A stretch of DNA of 64,000 nt, from NCBI GenBank assembly GCA_002269645.1, contig NIVC01000289.1, positions 1-64,000 of the forward strand. The letters are read 5' to 3'. The notes beneath the pieces are model-generated. The model saw nothing but the letters and a program-made list of their open reading frames with translations, had not been told where the DNA came from and made no database searches. The position numbers and the translations under genes are program-made. The DNA comes from Macrostomum lignano (Eukaryota). Below are positions 1 to 10,366 of this stretch, one piece after another (the stretch's first letter is position 1; every line of letters begins with the position of its first letter).

Positions 1-2
1 GC

Positions 3-337
3 GAGCTGTTTGACCTCGGGTTCGACAAGGCTCGAGTCATGAGGTTTGATGACGAGTGCAGACTGAGTGAAGATGGTGAGACGGTCATGGAGTCGCGCGG
101 ATCTGACCTTGGCCGAGTTGCCACCTATCTGATGGCCCCACAGAGTGCACCGACTGCCAGAGTTGACCGGGGCCAAGACAAAGCCTGCAGCCACCCTGCT
201 TTGATTTCAACAAGGAATCTGGATGCTCAAGGCGGAACTGCCGTTTCGCTCATCGGTGCCGGCGTTGTGGACTTGGCCACTCAGCGGCGATGGCGCACAG
301 GGATGACGGTGCTGAGGTCAGCAGGCCTCTGCATTGA
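3..337 (+). pseudogene. gag-like ORF C-terminus of the YR retrotransposon (frameshifted)
   Basis: Frame from 3 reads ELFDLGFDKARVMRFDDECRL. After a -1 shift near 165-190 the frame at 197 reads CFDFNKESGCSRRNCRFAHRCRRCGLGH, the Cys/His knuckle typical of DIRS-order gag. Stop TGA 335-337. Confidence 0.7.
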
Positions 338-400
338 CTGCGCGTTGATCCTGTTTTAACTTCCTCTGTTTTATCAACTGACCTAAAGCTGGAGGCATGG

Positions 401-2039
401 ATGGAAGAGTTGGAGTCGATTGATCTGCCGCTGGACAGAAAGCAGTTTATTCTTGATGGGTGTGTCTGAGGGATTTCGGATACGAATGTGCAGCGAGAAA
501 ACCTGAAGTCTGTCGAGGTCAGCACTACGAGTCTGTGAATCTTTACGCTGAAGCTGTTCAAATGCAAATTCTGAGAGAAATTCGCCTTGACCGCTACCGT
601 CGGTGCTCGGATGGGTGGCGGCCTCGGATTGTGAGTGCGCTGGGTGCCCTGCCGAAGGATGACGGTCGGGTACGCCTAATTCACGATTGCAGTCGGCCGG
701 ACAATCTGTCGGTGAACGCGCACTGGGAGAGCAATGAAAAGTTGCGGTTTTCAAGCGCTGAAAACTTCGCAAGGAAGTTAACGAGAGGCTGCTACATTAC
801 TAAAGTTGACCTGAGTGAAGCATACCGCGCATGTGGAGTGCACCCAGGAGACTTCGTCAACACCGGCCTCAAGTTCAAATTTCCTGGCTGCGCCACTCCA
901 CCTACATGTTTGATACGCGACTGCCGTTCGGGGCGGCAGCCTCGGTCACGTGCTTCCAACGCCTGAGCAATGCGATTCATCTGATGATGGTGCGTAGAGG
1001 CTTCATCAACACCGAGTCTTACCTGGACGACTTTGCCTACTGCGGGACGCAGGAGAACTGCCAGCGCTTCTACGTCGATCTGATTGACTTGCTGACTCGG
1101 CTGGGCTTCACCGTCAATCCGGCCAAGTGCCAGCTGCCGGCGCAGCGGATGTCATTCCTTGGAATTGAGTTCGACACTGTGGAAGGAATCAAGAAGCTGC
1201 CGGATGAGAAGGCAAGGAAGTTGATCAACCTGCTTGGTGTCGAGTCAGCCAAGGTGAGGCTTAGTCAGCGGGCCCTCCAACAGGTCATTGGCAAGTTGGG
1301 GTGGGCAGCGCAGGTCATCAGTTGCGGAAGGACCTTCTTGCGTGAGCTGATTGAGCGGTGCAACATCTTACGGCGTGGACAGCGAACGCTGGTCGACTCC
1401 GGGTTACGCAGTCAGCTGAACTGGTGGAAGGTGGCGTTGCAGGCGTGCCGATGGGTGCAGCTGTGGCCGAGCTACGATCGAGTTGTGGCGATGGAATCCG
1501 ATGCGTGCGGCAGAGGTGGTGCGGCGCTGCTGCGTGACCAGGATGGTCTGGTTGACTGGTGCTACCTGGACTGGGAGAAGGATGCAGGATCTGTCTTCGC
1601 TGACCTGCCGATCAACTACAAGGAAGCGTTGGCCCCTCTGCTGGCAGTGATGAGGTGGAGGGATGTGCTCAAAGGTTGCAAGGTGAGCATCTACTGTGAC
1701 AACCAGACGGCCTGTCACATCATCAACAAAGGCGTTTCAAAGTGTCCTGCGTTGCAGCGGCTGCTGCAGACTGTGGCTCTGATGTGTTTGCGTTTTGGAA
1801 TGAGCATTCGCGCGTTTCATGTGCCTGGTGATTTTCAAATTTTTGCTGACGCTGCCTCGCGGTTGCACGAGCGAGGCCAGCTGTTAAACTTTTTACTCCG
1901 CTGTTATGGTTTTATTTGTCCTAGCATTCTACAATCACTGCATCAGCATGCTTTTGGCTTGGCGACCGCCTCCTTTCTTCATTTTCAGGCCGCCCAGCTG
2001 CGTCAGACTCTCTTAGCAGCCGCGCTACATCGCTGCTGA
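401..2039 (+). pseudogene. Reverse transcriptase-RNase H (DIRS-order pol), frameshifted
   Basis: Motifs ALGALPKDDGRVRLIHDCS, KVDLSEAYR, RLPFG, YLDDF, FLGIEFDT, SDAC, INYKE, CDNQTA and ADAASR are spread over several frames. Shifts near 460, 500 and 885-895. Confidence 0.9.
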
Positions 2040-2974
2040 GCGCTGCGTACGCACCGCGGTCGGCGCAGGCAGTCAACAGACACATCCGTGAGTGGCAGGA
2101 GTTCTGCCGCCATACCGGCTGCGATCCAGTGTCCTGCAACGTCACGAGCCTGCTGAACTATTTGGCCAGTCTGATCGGCACACGGCTACATGCCTACAGC
2201 AGCATCTCGGCAGTCTGCAGCTCTCTGTCGCTCTGGTTTCGAATAAACTCGTCGCCGGACCTGACTAAGCACGCTTCAGCGGTTCTTCTCCTACGCGGCG
2301 CTAAACGGGTCCTCGGACTGCGCGTGAACCGAAAGCGGCCTGTGTCACCTACAATGCTGACAGAGATGCGACGACTAGTTGACGAGACCGACAGGCTGCA
2401 GCTGGCCTGCTGGGCTGCGACCATCTGCTGCTGGTGGGGAATGTTGCGAAAGTCCAGCTTTCTGCCACGAACTGGCAAAGGCCCGGCCCTTTCCCGGCGC
2501 GCCGACCTGCTTCAGCATCCGAAGGGTCTGGTGTTGCGCTGCGAGTTCGGCAAGACCATCCAGTTTAAGGAGCGCAGTCACCGGGTACTGCTGCCGAGAT
2601 TGGCGCGGCAGCCAGCCCTGTGCCCTGTGAGCGCAGTCGAGTGACACATCCGCGCCAACGGGTTGAAGTCAGCAGAGTCACCGCTCTGGTCCTACGCCGA
2701 CAGAAGTGGCGGCTTGCGCCTGCTGACTGGGAGGCACCTGGACTGCTTCCTCCGTGACAAGTTTGCCGCAGCCGGCGTTCGACCAGGATCTTACTCCGCG
2801 CACAGTCTGCGACGAGGAGGAGCTACCTGGGCGTCTGTGCTAGGCCTCCCAGTGTCTGATATCATGCGCATTGGTGACTGGAGAAGTGAGGCTGTGCAGC
2901 GTTATCTCCCCCAGTTTCACCAGGCAGCGGAGGCTGCTGTGACTTTTGCCGGTGGTGTCTCTGCTTTGTTTTAG
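1989..2974 (+). pseudogene. Tyrosine recombinase of the retrotransposon, in-frame stop at 2642-2644
   Basis: N-terminal AYAPRSAQAVNRHIREWQEFC. Catalytic motifs WGMLRKSS (R), KTIQF (K), HSLRRGGATW (HxxR) and IGDWRSEAVQRY (W, Y). ORFs 2129-2644 and 2663-2974 are in the same frame, separated by one TGA. Confidence 0.9.
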
Positions 2975-3390
2975 CTCCTCGCCTTCTGCTTTTGTTCGCT
3001 TGCTTGCTTTGGGTTTGGAGGTCGCTTTTTCGCTGTGCGCCTCCCGCGCGTTGCTCGCCTTGCTCGCCAATTGTCTCTGTGTCTCTTTGTGTCCGGGCTG
3101 GTCACTAAACGAGACCCTAGCTTATAGAGTTTTATGGCCAAGTGTTTGAGTGAAGGACAACTTAATCACTCAGAAGACTCGCAATTAATTGTGAACAAAG
3201 TTTGAGGCTCGTTTAAAAGCATTCTTCTATGGCCAAGCCTAAGATAAGGCTAACCACGAATGTAGCATGCAACATGTACCACAGACACAAACTATCACTG
3301 ACTACAAGGTAGAAACTATCCAAGTAATGTTTTTTCGAGGATTAAGTTATTAATAGCTGGCCTCTAGCGTCTGTAGTTTCCCGTCCCAAG

Positions 3391-3693
3391 TATAGCTTTT
3401 TGCAATTGAATTCCGCCAAACTGCAAAACCTTTCAGCCAATGGAGATTTTTCCTTCACTTCGGTGGCTTCTACCATAGACTATTTAGGACACACCGGCTA
3501 GCTTTCCCGCTCCTGTAAATGATTTCAGCCAAACTGAAAAACCTTTCAGCCAAGACTTTCAGTCAGTGCTTTTCTCACGCAGCTAACCGGTGTGTCCTAA
3601 ATAGTCTATGGTAGAAACAGCTGAAGTGAAGGCAAAATCTCCATTGGCTGAAAGGTTTTACAATTTGGCTGAATTCAATCGCAAAAAGCTATA
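3391..3693. mobile_element. MITE / foldback element with ~110-bp terminal inverted repeats
   Basis: 3391 tatagctttttgcaattgaattcc...ggacacaccggctagct is the near-perfect reverse complement of agctaaccggtgtgtcc...gcaaaaagctata ending at 3693. TA at both ends. Confidence 0.85.
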
Positions 3694-4638
3694 TTGAATA
3701 CTCCATGGTTTGAGTTGACTATGGAAGGTAAGTCATTAGACAACTTAATTTATCATGCTGTTATGGAACCACGGGCCAGTAGACAAGGTACGACTTGAGC
3801 TTGTATTTACAGAAAGAGCTTTCATTTACATAAAAACAGGGCATTAATGAATTATATTTTTAAGTCAAATTGAAAGCATCAAAATTTACAAAATTTCAAC
3901 ACTTTACGATAACTGATGTCGCTGCAAACACAATCCAAACAATCGGTTGGAGCGCATCTCCAGCCAGCGCAATTGTTAGCAGTGATTGCCCTGCCAACAG
4001 GTTCGGTGACGCCTCTCTCTCGAATAACATGAATCTCAACTGCTCAAGTGTCACTCCTTTTACTGAAACTTGCTCATCCTCAGCCAATTCGCTTCTGTCC
4101 CGATAGTACTCTTGGAGTTACAGTGAAAATTAGGCCCATTCATAAAAATTACCCAGTTTCCGTTAGTGGCCAGTTGATGGCAGCGATCTGCTGGGTGATC
4201 TAAAAATGCCTAAAACCTGTTCTGCGTTTTGCCACCTCTCTGGATGGCAGAATGCACCAACCCAAATTCCGACGAACTTGCCATGCAAACCGTAACGAAA
4301 GGACCCTCTGGGTTGTCACTGTGCGCTTTAATGAAGAGAAAAAAGAGAAGAGATGCCGAACTTTTCTGGAGAGAAGCAATGGTCAGAGCGTTTGACAATT
4401 GCCGTTTCTTAGTTGGCGAAATATACTTTGTGTACCTCAAGACTACTCGGTCTTTAATGACCATCAATACATTGGATGTCGCCGATCGCATTACCTCGGT
4501 TCAATAGATTCATGACAACAGTGTTAACACAGACGCAATGATTTGTGTACTTGCGTGATGGATTCACCCTCCTAGAAATCCGAGCCATCATGCCATGCCG
4601 TTCAGGTGATATTACCTAGAACTTGCGTTGTACTTTAC

Positions 4639-5237
4639 CACTGCTCCAAAGAGAATTTTGCTTCACGAGACGAGACAACAAGCTTAAATAATGGCGCACC
4701 GCAGCTAAAGGCATACAATCTTAATCTGCTTTCCGGTGCATAGGTTGTTACCGTTGGTTTACTTCTCTTTACCTGACATGACCAAGTGGACGCAGTCCGT
4801 TCCAACCTTCTCGGAAAAGACAATAGCGTCCTTCATCATCTGGTGGAGCCACTCACGCCCTCTAAATCCAGAATGCGTACATAACGTGCAGAAAACTTCG
4901 TCGTGTAGTTTCACAGGCGTAGTTCAATCATAATACGCTCCGAGCTTCATAGCAACCTCTTCAGTGATTGCCTGAAAAAGCCGCTCAGCTTACCAATGCA
5001 TCTGTTTCGTTTCACAGACGCGATAAGAGCAGCTTTATAGGTTTTTTCAAACTTCTGAAATACGACATTGACAATCACTTCCTAATTCCTCACTTCTTTG
5101 AAGTGACGGTGTAGACTGGTAAGAAAGCCGTCTGCTCTAGGCAAGGATGCAAACCACATGCGCATATACTCTATAAGTTACCTGTGCGGCATGCTGTCAA
5201 TACAATCAGGAAGATTCTCCGAGCGTAAAAATGTCAT
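4639..5237 (-). CDS. Candidate multi-exon gene of unknown function (3' end unresolved)
   Basis: Exons 5237-5182, 5136-5094, 5054-4994, 4895-4773 and 4704-4639 join in frame through GT-AG introns of 45, 39, 98 and 68 nt: MTFLRSENLPDCIDSMPHRADGFLTSLHRHFKEKFEKTYKAALIASVKRNRCIVFCTLCTHSGFRGREWLHQMMKDAIVFSEKVG... The third acceptor is weak and no domain is recognised. Confidence 0.4.
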
Positions 5238-5317
5238 CTGTGGGCAATTCTCATAGATCCTTGGCGTTTACTACCCGGGCACTCAAGTACTGTGCCCGTT
5301 GAAGACAATTGCATACG

Positions 5318-5685
5318 CTACTGAGGGGCTGAGATCCATTTAGGTCAGTGATGAGCACGAGCCGACACTTACCGACATCAACCAGGAAGACGTCAAACTG
5401 CTCGTCCGATCCGGCGGCTTTCCACGAGCTCTTCCAGTAGAAGGCGGTCGCGTTAAACAGTCCGCAGGGTCCCGCCTTGTTCTGCACCGAGTAGAATCCG
5501 AAGCACTCGGCTATTTGTGAGCACAGCTGAGAGCAGTGACGCTGGTTGAAGCTGTGCGCGACTTCAAACGCGACTGGGAGAGTTCGGTTGACTGCGGCAC
5601 CGAGCTGCAGCTCGAATCTGGCCGCGCTGCTCACCAGAGCAGAAGACATGAGCACTGCCGATAGGAAGCTGAGAATCCGACTCAT
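5318..5685 (-). CDS. Small secreted protein with PAN/apple-like domain
   Basis: Hydrophobic signal peptide MSRILSFLSAVLMSSALVSSA, then CSQLCSQIAECFGF...GPCGLF (PAN-like Cys spacing). Exon 5685-5373, 44-nt GTAAGT..CAG intron, short terminal exon 5328-5318 ending in TAG. Confidence 0.6.
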
Positions 5686-7021
5686 TGCTAGGTTACAATT
5701 AGAATTTTGAGGCAGCTATTGACTTGCAGATGAGAACGAATTCTGTTTTGCAGTTTTCTCACATGCGTATATCAGACAACATTTATCCGTTTTTCGTTAC
5801 CATGGAAACGGAGGACCAAATAATAAAGGCTTCCTTCCCACTGCTATTTTTATTGGTTTGTGGTGACCAACCAAGTAGGTATTTCTCTGACTTGCTGAGC
5901 CCTTCTTCCCGCAAGGTACTGTACATGCCAAGGTTCGCACTCAAAACTAGTAGATTGGTTCTTAGAGCATTGGTTGCATGACTTGTCGTGAGCTATTGCT
6001 TTATTCCATGGTATTCTTTCCATGGTAAATCTAAGGGGATTAAATATATTTTATTCACTAAAATATGGTTTTGATTGCTCTTTAAGGTCGGCTGAGGGCA
6101 GGTCGTTTAATGCCATTATTGCAGTATATTGAAGATCATTCTTAGTTAAATAGTGCTGTATACTCATATCTATACGAGTTCAGTTATAGATGCTGACATG
6201 CCAGTTTTAATCGCTAAAAATATGATTTTGATAGCATAAGTGAAGGGCAGAAGTGGAATATACAAAAACAATGATGGCCCTACTGCAAGCAGTCGATTGT
6301 GAAGAATCTCGCTGTTGAAACGGGACTCAAGCCTGCTACAGCCAAAGATTAAAGGGATTCTTCTCGGATGCTTTAAGCGAGTTCTCAATCGAAAAGTGCT
6401 AGGAAAGAGCTGAATTGTGAAAAGTGTGCATTTCATGTATAAAATGATGGTGGAATCGTTCCGTTCAGATACACTAGGGTTGCCATTATTGCTGTGTCGC
6501 CTGCAAATATATAAAAACACCTGTTACGACTCTTTCAGTTTGACCCAGTATTTAAGACAGTAAAAGGTGTATTCGGCGTTTTTATTCTCGTTTACCGCTG
6601 TGACTACAGAGAACCGACAAATTGAATGGCACGCTTAAGAAGGAGGTGGTTGTCTCAAATGGAGGTCTCACATTGGCTGGTAACTAGTTCTTATCCTACT
6701 CGTACTTCTTACCCTTCTTCTCATTCTATCCTAACCCTACTTCTCAGAGGCGCGTACCATAAATGTACCTTATATTTCTATGGTAACGTCTACCGCACGC
6801 AACTGCAACGTTACCTCAACCTGTCCAGCACATCATTAAGGCCGCACCTACATGGTAGCCCTGGTGCGGAGTGGACCTGGGCTTTATTAATTTTGCCTAT
6901 AGGCCGACCGCTTAACAGGAGAGAGTTGATTCCGCGCTCACCGGTGTTATTGCCCAAGGCCCAGAGTGTTCTCCTGCATTGCCTGTCAACGGTATGCATT
7001 CGCAAAGTTTTGAGAGGAGAC

Positions 7022-7094
7022 GCTGCCCCTGATACTGATAGAGCTGTGTAGCCCAAAAGCAATAAACTAGCTAGTTGCTAGGGAAGTCAGCTCT
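7022..7094 (+). ncRNA. Hammerhead-ribozyme-like fold (type I topology, non-canonical core)
   Basis: Stem I GCTG-CCC/GGG-CAGC; CTGATA(CTGATA); stem II GAGCT-gtgt-AGCCC; AAAA in place of GAAA; stem III AGCAA/TTGCT followed by A. The core deviates from CUGANGA/GAAA. Confidence 0.35.
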
Positions 7095-7714
7095 GCCACG
7101 GAGTGGGGATTTTAACGCATTGGTTGAGTTAGATGCGGCCTCCCCTATCCTAGGCCTCTGTCCCTCACAATACTTTTAGACACCTCCCCGTCAACTGTAA
7201 ATTCTTCTTCTCATCTCCGAAACATCCGTGCCTTCTCTAAATTCGTCCAAGTTGTCTCTTGGCCGGCCCGTTGCCAGGGGGGGTCCGCGGCCGCCATCGA
7301 TCGGTTGTTCACCGCGGGCCTGCCCTCCGATGCAGTTCTGGCTGATATTCTCCTGGTCCGGCTCGAAATGATGGAGTGGGGTTCAGGGGCGCTCTAAATT
7401 GCGCTCGGATTTCTAACTCTTGTATTGATAATATAAAAGTAAGATAAATTTGGGTCCACGAGATTTGCCCGCAGACTCTCTGAGTTGCCCTTTTCCCGCC
7501 GAGGTTTGCCCGCAATGCTTTTTTCCTGCAGCGCATTTAGATTTTGTCTGCATTGCCTCACAATTGCTTAGTAAGTCTTAAAAAGAGATTTTGGGTCAAA
7601 AAGATTTAGGAATATATGCACGAATTAATAGCTCACAGATGTACCCAGTTGCATGTAAATAGAAATGAAACTCTACAAGTAAAACAAGCAGTTGATATGT
7701 AATTACTATCACAT

Positions 7715-7870
7715 ACTGTTCACATCACTGTTCACATCACTGTTCACATCACTGTTCACATCACTGTTCACATCACTGTTCACATCACTGTTCACATCAC
7801 TGTTCACATCACTGTTCACATCACTGGTCAAATCACTGTTCACATCACATCACTGTTGACATCAGTGTTC
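7715..7870. repeat. 12-bp tandem repeat (ACTGTTCACATC)n, about 11-12 copies
   Basis: Directly visible period-12 array, degenerating at the right end. Confidence 0.95.
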
Positions 7871-8850
7871 ACTAAAAAATTCGAATGTTTTCCTGGCTTT
7901 CCTATCTCTCCGACAGTTGATCGTCTGGGTGGGCTTTGGACCCATTTGATGATCATTCCATAACCTGTTTTGGCCATTATTGTTACACAATGCATCAGCG
8001 CTGTTCATCGTGAAGCTGGAACGCATATAGAAGGGGACGAAACTTGATCGAACGAACCAGAGTTTCAAACTGCCGGTGACCAGGAAGTCCACAATGACCG
8101 AGACAAACAGTCAGGATGCTGCTGCGCTCGCCGTTGACTCGATGACAAAGGCCGGGACAGGGCCTGGCCCTGAAGACTTTTTCCAGAGCCTGCAAAGATC
8201 GACTTTATAAGAAATAGAGCCTGAAGACCAGGCAAGGGTACGCGCGCGGAAAAGCTCCCACGCGGGCGTAATTGACATATGTTTTCAGTTATAGGGGCGG
8301 GTTGCATAATTGCACTTTTTATTTGTGCTACACATATACATGTACAGTGCTAATGATATGTCTACAAGTACTCCTCGGGGATGTTACCTATCACATGTAC
8401 TCGTACATATTGCAATCGTTAATCTCTGATGAGTAAGGGGTGTCGCTGTACGTACATGCCTCTGTACTCTGGTGGGGGTAGAGGTGTGGCATGGGGTGTC
8501 GGCCGCGCCGGCACTTATAGCCCTGCACGGCCGAGCCGTCTTGTCTCTGCCTCCATTTCTATTTTTATGTTTTCTTTACGAACCAATAAATAAAAACTCG
8601 CCTAAATAAATAAACGCTTCGCTTTATTACGTTTGAGATCCGCTTTCTCAGCCGCCAACCGTGTTCCACTCGTTAGGCCAATCTCTATACACGAGATACA
8701 CGGTTTTTTAGCCCACGGTCTTTTAACCCATTGCCGGTGCATGTCTTACAGCTAGGTCTACGTCAAGAACAGCCGCTGTCTGCAGCTTTTTTCGGAACCG
8801 CTTTGACTTGTGACTTCTTCCGGCATGTTTAAAATCCTTGGTGTACATAG

Positions 8851-9397
8851 CAAGGACGACTTAAGTAGAAGGACGGGAAACCTTGTTTCTTAGAAAATTT
8901 TAGAAGGCAGGTTTTCCCGAAAAAATACACTACGGAGATAGGAAGTTTTCATTTTTCAGTACAAAAATGGCTATTGCTTTTGATAGGAGGCAGATCCTGT
9001 GTTCACCTTTATTGTAATCATCTCTGTTACAAGTATTTGTTACACAATCAGCTAAGAATGATAAAATAGACTCATAAAACCATGCAATGAGCCGAGTTGT
9101 GCATTTCAATGGTTTTTAGGCACAAGACTTGTGGAAATGTACGTAGAATAAAAAATTAACATAGAATCCTAATTTTCTGAACGAAAAGCTCAATGAATAT
9201 CGATGGAGCAATAAGAAAGGCACAACATATCAAAAGATGAACACTGGATCTGCATCCTATCAAAAGCAATAGCAATTTTTGTGCTGAAGAAATGAAAACT
9301 TCCTATTTCTGTAGTGTATTTTTTGGAAAACCTGTCTTCTAAATTTTTCTAAGAAACGAGGTTTCCCGTCGTTCTACTTAAGACGTCCTCGTTAGTG
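8851..9397. mobile_element. MITE with ~170-bp TIRs and 8-bp TSD (hAT-like)
   Basis: caaggacgacttaagtagaaggacgggaaacc... versus ...gtttcccgtcgttctacttaagacgtcctcgttagtg. GTACATAG duplicated at 8843-8850 and 9398-9405. Confidence 0.85.
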
Positions 9398-10366
9398 GTA
9401 CATAGACTTTCGCAAGTTTAACGGATGAAAGTGCAAAAAATCTAAACAAAAGTGCCACTGATTAATAAAAAGTGGTTTATCTCAGCTAAACAATCTAACT
9501 GATTTAATGCAATCCTACTCCATTTTGTGTTTTCGCTAGCTTTCAGAAGGTTTACAGAAAGCACAATAATATTTTTTATAAATCAGCAACGTGATTTTAT
9601 AAATGCACTGCAACTGGTCCGGGAGTAGTTTGCATCTTTGTCGAGTTCAGTGAATATGATTCTGATCTTCGCTTGAATGCTCCTGATTAGATCAAGACAA
9701 ACCACAAATCAGTTATATTTCGTAGGCCTATTGTAGCTTCATTACACGTTTTAGCTAAACTGCTCAGAATGGTAGCAAGGCCTAGGGCCTTATAGAGTTA
9801 TAAGGTTTTAAGTTTATATTTAAGAGTAAGGCTAGATCCCCCTAATATATATATATATTAGCCTTAAATTTAATTTACACTAGGCCTAGTATTATAATTT
9901 GCAAAAAATATAATGAGTTCAATTGTTAAAAACATAGGCTCATCTATAAGTAAAGAAAAATGATGAATACAGGCCTATTTTAAAATCTATATTTATAGAC
10001 AATAGAAAATGATATAAACCTTGTAAAATACAAAATTCAAGTCAAATTGAATGATATTTTAGCCCTGTAGGCCTACTCTATATTATAAGGTGGGGACCTA
10101 AGTGAATAAATAAATAACTAAGCCTACTTTGATACAACTTTGGAGTCAATGTGTTATATAGAGTCAGTATTAAATTGTTATATGACAGTATTGAATTGCT
10201 CTTTATATTTATTTTTTTGGTATAATTGGCATTTAAATTTTGTTAATTTTATTCAATCTAATTAATCTAATCCAACTTAATCAATAGGCCTATTTATAGG
10301 TATATTAAAATTTGTTTTATAAATATATCATTATTGGCATTAGGAGAAATTTGAGATCATTATGTT

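Larger units (their letters stand above)
1..3150 (+). mobile_element. Tyrosine-recombinase (DIRS-order, Ngaro/PAT-like) retrotransposon, disrupted, 5' end cut by window edge
   Basis: Ordered gag zinc knuckle, RT (YLDDF), RNase H and tyrosine recombinase frames on +, with YR overlapping the end of RT/RH. No methyltransferase ORF seen. The 3' boundary is approximate and terminal repeats are not resolvable. Confidence 0.9.

Noticed and set aside
877-883. AAATTTC as a programmed -1 frameshift site explaining the RT frame change
   Set aside because: In the upstream RT frame it is read AAA-TTT, not the X-XXY-YYZ phase needed for -1 slippage. The element has several other lesions, so a simple deletion is more likely.
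2975-3250. Terminal repeats of the YR retrotransposon
   Set aside because: Only a 10-bp duplication (TATGGCCAAG near 3134 and 3228) is visible and the 5' end lies outside the window, so the repeat architecture cannot be called.
6170-6520. 116-aa minus-strand ORF
   Set aside because: No domain, low-information composition and no convincing splice partners.
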